Source of the DNA: Octopus sinensis
Taxonomy: Eukaryota
Reading direction: 5' to 3'
Length of the DNA stretch: 64,000 bases
Assembly: GCF_006345805.1 (NCBI RefSeq)
Contig: NC_043000.1
Location: forward strand, 30,070,001-30,134,000
Program-made: the position numbers and the translations under genes
Shown here: in pieces, positions 11,940 to 24,138 of the stretch
How the letters are laid out: the number at the start of each line of letters is the position of its first letter
How positions within the stretch are numbered: the stretch's first letter is position 1
The notes under the pieces: model-generated
What the model saw: only the letters and a program-made list of their open reading frames with translations
The model's database searches: none
Told to the model about the DNA's origin: nothing

Positions 11940-12810
11940 ACACTTCTTTCCTTCTTTCTCTCTGATTCCTCAACCGACATTATCACATTATCCAGTAGAA
12001 TAAACACATAAGTCTATTTATAGAAACTTGACCATTCTTAGTAGTCTTCCCTTCTGTTTTGTGGTTTACTACTCACCTTTGAAACCCCTTCCTATTCCTA
12101 TACATTTTTCTCTATTCATCCTTTAATGCCATTCTAACATCACAACACCTCACAAACCTCACACCTATTCATTTCTTACATTATTATCTCTTCCTACAAC
12201 CACCTCATAATATCTTGACCACTCCTTTTTTTCACTTCCTTACATTTTTTCATTTTCTGTTCTTGTTTTCATTTTTCTTTCCTCTTTCTTTCCTTCTTCT
12301 TTTCTCACCTTTTCCTTTTACCTCTCTCTCTCTCTCTCTTCATTTTAACATACACATCTCTTCTCCCCTCTCTATCCACTTAACACTACCACTATATTCT
12401 CAAATGTTCATTTACACCACAAGACCCCTTTCAATGAACAGCATATGGAATCTACATCTCCACCCTTTCCATTTGTGATGACTAAATATGAATTCATATT
12501 GGAATTTACATACCACGGACAGGAAGCATTTCTACCACTTCTACACACCACTTTCCCTGGATAATGGAACTGCAACTGTAACATCTTTATACATATTTAT
12601 TTTAATTTCTACATTCATTCTCCTTATTTCCTTCCTTTTCCAAAATAACTCCTTATACTGAACTCTAATATTTCCCTCTATTTACCCATCTCACATCATC
12701 TCTGATGAAGGGATATCCCTAATATCCCAGAAGCAGTTGTAAGACTAACTTTCCCTTTATAAATCTCCTGAAAATTGCACACAGCCTTGACTTTGTTGTA
12801 TCAATTTATT
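11940..12810 (+). mobile_element. Pyrimidine-rich PLE-tail-like element ending in a hammerhead motif (12699-12744)
   Basis: tct-CTGATGA-a-GGGATAT..ATATCCC-a-GAAG-cagttg-TA-aga; homologous to 36175-36830 on the minus strand. Confidence 0.65.
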
Positions 12811-12844
<34 letters not shown>

Positions 12845-12990
12845 ATATACGACGAGCTCTTTCGGTTTCCGTCTACCAAGTACACACACAAGGCATTGGT
12901 CAGTCTGAAGCTCCAGTAAAAGAAATTTGCCCAAAGTGCCACGCAGTAGAACTGAAACCGGAACCATGTTGTTGGGAAGCAAGCTTCACT
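12845..12990 (-). mobile_element. Family B SINE, 5' part
   Basis: Matches the CATGGTTCCGG.TTCAG..CACTGCGTGGCAC.TTGGGCAA...GTAGACGGAAAC family. Confidence 0.75.
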
Positions 12991-13049
12991 TCTTAGCACA
13001 CATCCACTATATAAATGTGGGTGGGTGCGTTTGTGTGCATGTGTGTGTG

Positions 13050-13099
<50 letters not shown>

Positions 13100-13471
13100 C
13101 ATACTTATGTATATTTCTGAATGCATTTCCTGACAAGTTATTTATCGCATTCAAAAATAACCGGTTATTTGTTTTATCATAAAATTTAATGTCATTTCAT
13201 AATTCCACATTGACGAATTATTGTACTTAATTCATTAATGTTTGATTTACGAATCCAAAGAGGCGTAATTGAATTTCAGCATCTCATCCTGAACCAATAT
13301 ATAAATACGGTTCTGGAACTATCAAATTTATGAATCTTAATACGTGAGAAGGGTTTTTTTTTCATTTAAAAAACGATAAAGTTTTATCTCAGATTTGCTT
13401 ATATCCGTATGGAATAGGGTTTCCACAAAGTTAAATATTTCATTTCAATATTGGCGATAAAATTATGTATC

Positions 13472-13529
<58 letters not shown>

Positions 13530-14037
13530 TAATAATAATAATAATAACAACAACAACAATAATAATAATAATAATAATAATAACATCAATAATAATAATG
13601 ATAATAATAATATGTACATATTTATATATGCGTATATATATGTATATATATAGATTATATGTATGTATATACATGTATACGAAATATATGCATATGTATA
13701 AACATACATATATATATGTATATATATACATACATACATATATACATACGTATATATATATGTATATATAGAGAGGGAGAGTGAGAGGGGGAGAGAAGAT
13801 ATATATTCATACTCACACACGCGCACACACACGCACACAGACAGACAGGCACAAACCAAGCATATATCCACGTGGGCTAATTGTAGTAAAAAGAAAGAGG
13901 AAAATTTCAATTCATCTTCTTCTTCAGTTTTACTCTCTCTCTCTCTCACTCCCCCATTCTCCCGCCTACTCGATTTAGTCTTTCGATTGTTTGTAAATTC
14001 TCACTATATATATGCATGTATACCTACATATATATAC

Positions 14038-14124
<87 letters not shown>

Positions 14125-14699
14125 TGTGTCTGTGTCTGTGTGTGTGTGTGTGTGCGTGTGTGTGTATGTATTAAATAAAATGAGAGAACAAATCCAAGTC
14201 TTTGTGGAATTTTCCTGGTCCGAGCTGTCAGAGCGTGTTTGTCCAACTACTATGGAAGAAAAAAGGTATAGGAGGGGGTTTCTAACGTGAGTAGTAAGCC
14301 ACAAAACAGAAGGGAAGAATACCATGCTAGCCTTTCAGTGGTATTGCCTTCTGTTTGCATACTGGATGTACATAGTTGCATCATCAAATACCAGTATTCT
14401 TGGAGAACTACATTGTGTCGAAACAACTGTAGCGAATAATAAACAATTGCCCAAACGTACTCCTTTTTCTTGACTCCAGTTCCTTCAATTTCATATTCAC
14501 ACACTCGAATACCCAATTGTAGGGTTCGATGTATATAGTAATCCTACCTATAATGGGTTATTGTAAAGGTCGACGAGCTTTATACTGTATTCTAACTCGG
14601 TCCTAACGGAACACAACATAGTTATATATACATACATGCATACATATGTATATATATATGTATGTATATATATTATATGTATATATGTGTGTATATATA

Positions 14700-14744
<45 letters not shown>

Positions 14745-15070
14745 AGGTTAGAGCGTCGAGCTTACGATCGTGAGATTGTGAGCTCGAATCCCGGACCGGG
14801 CTGCGTGTTGTGTTCTTGAGCAAAGCACTTTATTTCACGTTGCTCCAGTTCACTCAGCTGTAGAAATGAGTTGCGACGTCACTGGTGCCAAGCTGTATCG
14901 ACCTTTGTCTTTCCCTTGGATAACACTGGTGGCGTGGAGAGGGGAGGCCGGTATGCATGGGCGACTGCTGGTCTTCCATAAACAACCTTGCCCGGACTTG
15001 TGTCTAGGAGGGTAACTTTCTAGGTGCAATCCCATGGTCATTCATGACCGAAGGGGGTCTTTACCCTTTA
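14745..15070 (+). mobile_element. tRNA-derived SINE, family C
   Basis: GGTTAGAGCG...GCTCGAATCCCGG head; homolog at 44660-44996 on the minus strand. Confidence 0.8.
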
Positions 15071-16029
15071 TATAGTTGAAATTTACAGGAAAACAAAAGA
15101 CGAAGAAAGGTATATAAACAACAAACAGTTGTATTAGTTCGAACCTACGCGCTTCAATATATGAAGTTATTATGAAGTCAATATTTCTGAACATCCTCAG
15201 ATAGCAGAGGTTCAGAAAAGTCAAAACAGCACGTTTTAGAACTCATTCGACCGTGTCTGGCAGTCACATGCAAGAGATTAAGATTACATTGGTGTACAAG
15301 CGATAGGTATACCACAATCGTTGAAATGTGCTGGGCCTTTGTTGAAGCTCGTCAGTCGGAGTTAATATGAATTCGAAGCAGCCTATAAGCACAGCCTACC
15401 CACGAAGTAGCAAAACACATACCTTGTGAATGTGTGTTTGATATTGTATATGAACTGCTTCTAGTTCATATTGGAATTTTTTCCCGTGGTATGAAATATT
15501 GAGACATGCCAGCAGATGGTTCTTACGCCATTTTACTTATATTGATATAAAGCGATATCGCTTTTATCGGGCCTCGTTTGGGTATGCTGTATTGAAAAGT
15601 CACAAGAAAGACGAAGCATCAATGCCCATCGCTCCTGAATGGGCCCTGGTACGAGTTGTCTTGCTTGTCTCTGACGTCCAGGTGTCGCAACACGAGGCGC
15701 ATTGATGAGAATATATTCTCTTACGCGCATGCGCGCAGCAAGACATACTTTGTGTATGCCTGTTCAATGCTGTTTATATCCTTCGATCTGCTTCTAAGTA
15801 ATATTTAAATATATATATATGTGTGTGTGTGTGCGTGTGTGTGTGCGTGTATGTGTGTGTGTATATATATATATAAGTATGTATATGTATATGTATATAT
15901 ATATACATATATGTGTGTGTGTGTATGTGTGTGTGTGGTGCTTAAGTTATTTGAGGACATACCTCTTTTCGCTCATTGCTCACATATTTTGCTAATTCTG
16001 TATAATCTTTCTTTCAGAAAATAATAAGG

Positions 16030-16425
16030 GCATACCCTCAGCTTACTCAAGAAATCAAAAGGCATGCAGTTATTGAGGTTTATAAAGGCTGAACATAGCG
16101 ATTTAGAAATATCTTGATTTCTAAAAGTTGCCAGATCTTTCGTCTACAAAGTTTGTAAAGGGCTAGATCCTGAAGATGAAAGCGTATCACCATTATGAAA
16201 GCATTAAAAGCATTCCAAAAAATCTGAAATCACCTGAATTTATCCAGCAAGTTCATCCGACCATTGATTACAATCCCATGAGGTCAGTTACAAAAGACCT
16301 CCATGTGTCAGAAGGAACGATCAGAAATGTTTTCCATGAAGACATCAGATATAAGTCTTATATGATGAAGAAAGGTTTATTTGTCAGAAAGAAAATCCCT
16401 ACATCAGATCTAAAAGGCTCTTAAA
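16030..16425 (+). pseudogene. Tc1/mariner (maT-like) transposase N-terminal HTH remnant
   Basis: PEFIQQVH.TID.NP.RS..KDLHVSEGTIRNVFHEDIRYKSY, with stops and frameshifts upstream. Confidence 0.65.
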
Positions 16426-16613
16426 GTAGATGTGATTTGGGATTTTCTCAAACACACGCAGACACACACACACACAAATACACGCATATTTATGTATATA
16501 GGTGCTCCATATATGACTAAAAGGCTTTGCGAGGTGGTGTTTTTAAGTTAAACATGGCCTTGGCCAATACTGCCTGAAACCTATCAAACTTATCAAAATT
16601 ATATATATATATG

Positions 16614-16663
<50 letters not shown>

Positions 16664-16664
16664 T

Positions 16665-16713
<49 letters not shown>

Positions 16714-16734
16714 GTATATATATGTATACATATT

Positions 16735-16767
<33 letters not shown>

Positions 16768-16809
16768 GTATATATATGTATACATATGTATATATATATG
16801 TATATCTCA

Positions 16810-17105
16810 CGTGACCGACCAGACCATCAGATGTTGTTACACATCGCTGGTCACAATGCGTTCGCATTGTTTTAGCCTTCGAATGATGCCACCCCGCTGG
16901 CTAAGCGAGCAGGCCAACAGAAGAAAGAGTAGGAGAAAGAGTGGTGAAAGAGTACAGCAGGGATCACCACCCCCTGCCGGAGCCTCGTGGAGCTTTTAGG
17001 TGTTTTTCGCACAATAAACACACACAACGCCCGGTGTGGGAATCGAAACCGCGATCCTGCGACCGCGAGTCCGTTGCCCTAACCACTAAGCCATTGCGCC
17101 TCCAC
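16810..17105 (-). mobile_element. tRNA-derived SINE, family D
   Basis: Minus strand TGGCTTAGTGGTTAGG (A box) and GGTTTCGATTCCC (B box); homologs at 32824-33130 and 35220-35568. Confidence 0.85.
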
Positions 17106-17111
17106 TGTATG

Positions 17112-17258
<147 letters not shown>

Positions 17259-18660
17259 GGACTCTTTCTCCTAGATACCTTCGGTAAGACATTCCCTAAC
17301 GTACATTTCACCATCTACAAAGATGATGCCCTCGCCTTAACAGCTAATACAAATGGACCAGCACAAGATCGTTTTAGGAAGGATATTATCCAGTTAATGA
17401 AACACTTCGGACTTAGTATAACTATAGACACTAACCTGACGGTTGTCAATTTCTTAGACGTTTCCTTAGATCTTAATAATAATATTATAAGCCTTATAGG
17501 AAGCCCAATGATAGACTAAGTTATATTAATGTAGGTTCATGCCATCCCCCTATAGTATTCAAAAATTTAGTTAAAAATATTAGTAAGAGGATTTCTAGCC
17601 TCTCATCTAATGAGGACATCTTCAATAGCGTTGCCCCAGTTTATAATAAAGCTTTAAAAGATAGTGGTTTTAGCGAAAAAAAAAATATACACCTATCACC
17701 AGCCCACAATAAGGAAAAGGAATAATAGAAATAGGAAGGTCATCTGGTTTACGCCCCCTATTCACCCGAGGTGGCCTTCAATATAGGTAAATATTTCCTA
17801 GCACTGATAGATAGACTTTTCCAGTTAACCATGCTTATAGGAAACTCTTCAATAGACACAATTTAAAATTAGTTTTAGTTCAACTACCAATTTTAAAAAC
17901 ATAATCAATCATAACATACAAAAAACACAAGAAGAAAACAGCTGTTCATGCAGGAATAAAGAATTGTGCCCGCTAAATGGAGCTTGCATGTCCAAGACCA
18001 TCATATATGAAGCTACCGTAAACTCTATAACCACTAAAGACACCGTTTCGACGAAGAAATACGTGGGCCTGACAGAGGGTAATTTCAAGGCCAGGTTCAA
18101 TAACCACACTTTGAGCTTTAGGCACAGGAACAAAAGAAAAGCGACACAATTATCCAATCATATTTGGTCTTTAAGAGATAAAGGTGTCGATTATAACATA
18201 CAATGGATTATAACATACACTAACGGCAGCGGAAGGTGCGGTTTATGCGACATGGAGAGATGGCTTATCTGGAAAAGCAGCTTAGACCCTACCACATGTC
18301 TAAATACAAGGACAGAGCTTTTCGGATCATGCCCACATGTGACTAAATTTCTGTTACGTTTTTGGTCCCCTAAAGAAAACGGATAGAACATGCTTTCTGT
18401 GTTATGCCCCAAAAAGTTTTATATATTTTTATATATTTTATATATTTTTATGTATTTTATATAATTTTTATGACGAAAAATGCGAGCGAGTATAAGTACG
18501 CAGGCAAAGCAGAGTTATAACAGAGTAATTTCCCTTCATTTTTAACGGTATTTTTTCATAACGTTTTCAAATAGCCAGATACCCGAAGAGATGGTGTTGT
18601 GGATTTCCACTTCGGCATCTGAAACTCAGAGTTTTATCTTGACTACCGAGTAATGTAACA
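17259..18660 (+). mobile_element. 5'-truncated Penelope-like element (Naiad-type): RT C-terminus + GIY-YIG endonuclease + 3' hammerhead motif
   Basis: Reads IYKDDAL, VNFLDVSLDL, KPND..YINV.S.HPP (frameshifted), then CSC..CPLNGAC..IIYEA..YVGLTEGNFKARFNNH; decayed HHR CCGAAGA..GAAA at 18577-18639; (TA)n on both sides. Confidence 0.85.
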
Positions 18661-18677
18661 TATTGTATATATATATA

Positions 18678-18717
<40 letters not shown>

Positions 18718-18732
18718 ATATACGTATGTATG

Positions 18733-18797
<65 letters not shown>

Positions 18798-18806
18798 GTA
18801 TGTATG

Positions 18807-18838
<32 letters not shown>

Positions 18839-19097
18839 ATAATATATTTAGAGCGCCGGTGGTACTTTCAGTTTTATGCCTCATCTACACTTGGTGTGAC
18901 TGACGAAAACAGATTAGCCAAAATTCGAAGGACTGTCAATTTGTTTTGTTAGTTTAACATAAATGTTTCCTTGAGAACCTTAATATTTTAGTTAGCGATT
19001 TTTCTTATGTATTGTTAACAACACAGACACAAATATTAGCATAATTATTATATATATATATATATAATTATATATATATATTATATAGTGTGGTGTG

Positions 19098-19128
<31 letters not shown>

Positions 19129-19282
19129 TGCGTGTGTCTATATATGTATGTGTGTGTGTGTAATTGCTAGGGTTATACACACATATTCTATATCTGTATA
19201 TACATATATATAGCTTTATGAGTATGTATATATTGTGTGTGAATATATATATATTATACATATATATACATGTATATATATA

Positions 19283-19339
<57 letters not shown>

Positions 19340-20169
19340 TACTTACATTTATGAACTTAAATCTCTGTAGGTTCGATACTGTTAATTGCAAGAAATATGT
19401 CTTGAAATGTCACAGGAAAAAGGAATTGGTAAATAGAAAACTAAAAACAAAGTTTTAGTTATCGATTTAATTCTGGAAAAAAAAATAAATATATTCCTCA
19501 TATTATGGGCAATAGATTCACATAAGTGCACTCACATATATATCTATGTATAAATGTGTTTTTATTGAACGCAATTAGGCGCATATACACGGTTTATAAA
19601 TATTTTCACCTGACAGCCCATCCCTTATGTATGTTAAACAACAACATACATACTTGCAGATAGAGCACTAGTATATGTATGTTTGTCTGTGTTTGCATAT
19701 AAAATATACAGGTATATGTTATACCCTAATGTAAAATTGTTTATTAAGGGTGTAAAAAATTCGTAAATAAATCTCCTCATTAAATATTCCTATAAACAGG
19801 ATTGTGTGTATATGTGTATGAGTTTTTGACCCTTGTTGACTGTATGTAAGTATATGTAGGAAACTATTCATATACGTATGTGTTTGTTTTTGTGTGTTAT
19901 TTTTTTCTGTATGCATATATACGTCCCTGTTTCTGTATTTCTGCATAGATAAATACATATATGTATACATACATAACACATACATACATACGTAAATACA
20001 TGCACAAACGCACGCACAATCATACACACACACTTACACATATAAATCTATATATTTATTTATGTATGCATATATTTACATGCACATATGTATGTATATG
20101 TGTATGTTTGTAAATATATATGTATTCATATGTATATGTTTATGTATGTATATATACATATATATCTAA

Positions 20170-20235
<66 letters not shown>

Positions 20236-20531
20236 GATAAAAACCCTAGTTATCTGAACTAATAAATAAATAAAACAAGATGGCAACACTTTTAAAAAAA
20301 CATTTAAAAAGCGTAGAGTCCCAGTAATAAAAAAATGTGAACATTATACAAAAAATCTTGAGTAAAGAATAAAAAAAACTATGTTTTGCCTGGCAAATTA
20401 AATTTGAGATAAAAACAACGTTGATATTGCTATTCGTAAACAGATTGATGGACGCGTATGTGTTTATATACATACAAACATACATACTACATACATATAT
20501 GCATATATATATATATATATATATAATATTA

Positions 20532-20565
<34 letters not shown>

Positions 20566-21226
20566 TATATATAATACATTTATATATTTTGTATGTATGT
20601 ATGTATTTATGACTGTATGTGTACATGTAAACACGGCAGTTTATATCATAAAGTGAAATAGTAGTCAATGCGTAATATGTTTTATTGGAAACTGAAATTT
20701 CACTAACCATTAACCTGAGTGATTCGTACTGGATGTAACTATATATACATACATAGATACCTCTCTCATTCTTCATTCTCTCTCTCCCTTTCACCATTCT
20801 TCATGTTCATGTCTCCTCGCACCATTCCCCTTCTTCTCTCTTTTCTCTCTTGCTCTCCCCCTCCCCTATTCCCGTCGTCCATCTGCGACGATACTTCCGT
20901 CGTAACTGCTATCCTGTCTTTTCTCGCCCGCCTTGTAAGGCTACTGGTCGACACTTTTCTCTCTCTCGTCGTCCACGATAATCCAGCGTTTGCAATACTT
21001 TTTTCGTCTGGCGTTAACAGCCCTCTTATCTTGTTCTCCTTGTCCTGTCTCTCACTGTTATATATTTATTTTTCCACTGTTTTTATATATATTTTTTACT
21101 GTTTATATGTTTGTACTGTCGTTACCGTCTTGCTTTTTTTTACCCCTCTGCGAAAAGATCTCAGAATTCTAATTGATTTGCTTTTCGCGGGAAGGAAGTT
21201 TTCTTCGAAGTATACGTCTCGCTTTT

Positions 21227-21275
21227 ATCCTTCGAAACGTTTAGTAGATGAACCTTAGCGACTGAAGAAGGGGAT
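21227..21275 (+). ncRNA. Possible permuted (type II-like) hammerhead motif
   Basis: atccttc-GAAA-cgtt...-CTGAAGA-aggggat; spacing similar to 8781-8841; stem I weak. Confidence 0.35.
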
Positions 21276-21468
21276 TTTTCGTTGTGCTTATTGTCTTGTA
21301 TCTCTCTTTTTTTGCTTGTCTTGTTCCTTGGTTTGTGTCTATGTGTTTCGTCTCTCTATGTGTTCAACGTCTTTTTGGTGTCCTGTACACATATATGCGT
21401 GTATATGTACATGTAGAGGTAGGTACGTACATATATGTTTATATATGCATATGTTCTATTTTTTAACA

Positions 21469-21500
<32 letters not shown>

Positions 21501-21836
21501 TAATATATATATATATATATGTATATATCATAGAAGAAAATTGAGAAATCTGCGTAAGGTGGAAGTAAACGTTTCGAAAGAGCAACTAAACATCCTCCCC
21601 TCCACAATACCACATGAACCAACAGCTCAGCAAGAGGTGCAGACGAAGGCAGCCGACTGAAATTCACTTTTACACCAACGGCTGAGACAATGGCACGTAT
21701 AGGAGTGATGTGAAATACTTCAGACTGAGGAAATCAGGAAGACCACGGAAGTGATCCACTTGACCGCAGCGGCATGTCTGAAACGAGTAGGAGTGGCTAT
21801 GTGGTAAGTAGCTTGCTTACCAATCACATAGTTCCG

Positions 21837-21936
21837 NNNNNNNNNNNNNNNNNNNNNNNNNNNNNNNNNNNNNNNNNNNNNNNNNNNNNNNNNNNNNNNN
21901 NNNNNNNNNNNNNNNNNNNNNNNNNNNNNNNNNNNN
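21837..21936. other. Assembly gap (100 N)
   Basis: Run of N, truncating a family B SINE head at 21788-21836. Confidence 1.
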
Positions 21937-22773
21937 CAATAGAGGAGAGTTACAGGAAGATAGCTACTTGCAGTAGCAAAATCTTTCCGTGCATGTCCTC
22001 TCCACACACGCTCACACACACGCATATTGGCAACATTCGTCATTTTCTTGAAAATGGGCTCCTAAACCCGAAATATTTATTGCAAGGTAAGTCTACATTA
22101 ATTCACATATTTCTTTTCCAGGGATTTGCCTTGCATTTACTTTGAATTGTTTTGGCCTTGCGCACAATTCTTTATGCAATATTTTATTTGAATTTACTGT
22201 ATTCCTTTTTTGAATTCACTTTTTATTCCTTGTCCCCGTTCATTTAATTGCATCCCATATATGGTACTTCTAGTATTTGAAAAAAGTGAAGTTTGCTGAA
22301 TACATATATTGTCTGTGTCTATATAATGAAGTTATTTGTTATTTACAATAGTCGAGTGTTTTAAGTTGTCATGTAAAGTACTAATGCTTTAATACGTTCG
22401 TTATGTTACAACATCGTTATATTTATTTGTGTATATGTATTTTTATATGTATACTTATGTATATATGCCTGACAAACAATGTGTAGTTCTTATATAACTA
22501 AAATAGATAACAAAACAACTGTCAATAAGTGGAATAAACAGATATTTTCCTATTTCTCTTATCTGATCAATTCTATAATAAATTTCAACTGTCGTGATTC
22601 GCGAATTTTCAGAACGACTGTGAGGTTATATTAGACATAGGTTACATATATATATATATGTGTGTGTGTGTGTGTATGTGTGTGTGTATGTGTTGTGTGT
22701 GTGTGTGCGCGTGAGTGTGAGTTTGTGTGTTGTGTGGGTGTGTGTGTTGTGTGGTGTGTGTGGGGTGTGGTGT

Positions 22774-22968
22774 GTGACGCGTGTGTATCGTTGGCGATTT
22801 TTTCCTCCGTCTTCCCTTCCTTGGACCTTTCCTTTTCTATGTTTCTGACGAAGAGCTCCGCTCGAAACGTTAAACCTCCTTTCTTTCCTTTCCTGAGGTC
22901 CACTAACACTATACTTGTTCCATGTCCTCATGTTGTGTTGTTTTCTCTTTGTGTTTTCATGTTTGAAT

Positions 22969-22973
<5 letters not shown>
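22774..22973 (+). mobile_element. About 200-bp non-coding element with a minimal hammerhead (22841-22875)
   Basis: gttt-CTGACGA-A-GAGC-tcc-GCTC-GAAA-CGTT-aaac; second copy at 30449-30656. Confidence 0.8.
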
Positions 22974-23011
<38 letters not shown>

Positions 23012-23311
23012 ATATATATATAGTTGGAATTTTTAAAAAATTAACAAAGAAAAGAAAAGACGAAGAGGTGTGTAAACAATAAGCAGATGTATTAGTTTAA
23101 CGCTCGGAAAGGGAGAAAAGTCTTTTACATTTCGAGCTTACGCTATATATATATATATATATATCTCAGTGAAGAAAGCGACTCACCATACTTTTAAAGC
23201 CTGGTACGTTATCGGTTTCTCTTGCCAAACCGCTATATCATGAGGACATAAACAAGCCAAGACCGGTTGTCAAGTGATAGACATACGCTTGCACACGTAT
23301 ACATACACACA

Positions 23312-23374
<63 letters not shown>

Positions 23375-23389
23375 GCGCACACACATAAC

Positions 23390-23489
23390 AATTAACAGAA
23401 TGAGATAAAAATCCAAGGCTATGAAAGATTTCAGAACATCTATAAATAGGTCTTTCACAGCCTCGGATTTTTATCTCATTCTGTTAATT
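23390..23489. repeat. 39-bp inverted repeat with 22-nt spacer
   Basis: aattaacagaatgagataaaaatccaaggctatgaaaga and its reverse complement, 2 mismatches. Confidence 0.9.
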
Positions 23490-23764
23490 TTTTTTATACA
23501 CATGCTGATATATGACCTACGTTGGACTCCTCATTCGCATAATCACCGAACCTGGAGCTTAACTATAGTCTGTCCATAGCACTTACTCAGCATTGCCTGA
23601 CACTTTTGGGTCTTTCTGACACCATTACCTCTCATAACCTCTCTCTCTCCCCTCTCTTTCTTTCTTTCTCCCTCTTTCTCTCACTCTCTCTCTCTCTCTC
23701 TCTCTTTATATATATATATATGTGTATCATATGAAATAAAAAACAGAACACAAAGGATATCGCG

Positions 23765-23852
23765 GTACACATGTTTCGAGCTTTATAAAACAACTTATTC
23801 TTACATCAATGTATAATCGACATAACAGATAGTTTAAAGCCCTCTTCACCTC
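23765..23852 (-). ncRNA. Decayed hammerhead motif
   Basis: Minus strand GTGAAGA-GGGCTTTA...TAAAGCTC-GAAA-CATG-TG; core substitutions at positions 3 and 17. Confidence 0.5.
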
Positions 23853-24138
23853 TGCCACTATCTGGCATATACAGGTGCTTATACTTATCAAGTATTCAAC
23901 CTGAATTTACAGTACCTATATATATATATATATATATATATTCGACAGACTTCTTTCTGTTTCCCCTAACTAAAAACACAAAGCTTTGGTAAGATACACA
24001 AAGTACACATGCCCAAGTGCGTATGCAGTGGGATAGATCCCAGCATCTCATGGTTGGGAAACAAACTTCTTACCACATGACCATGCTTGTATCTATGTGT
24101 AACCTATGTAACACACACACACACACACACACACACAT

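Noticed and set aside
15325-15360. CTGACGA-stem on the minus strand
   Set aside because: No GAAA/NUH half follows the stem.
17030-17105. tRNA gene candidates (also 44925-44996, 32824-32900, 58808-58878)
   Set aside because: A and B boxes are present but acceptor stems are not formed, and most continue into SINE bodies.
20719-21258. 179-aa hydrophobic ORF
   Set aside because: Product of a pyrimidine-rich repeat; no domain, and the composition explains the open frame.
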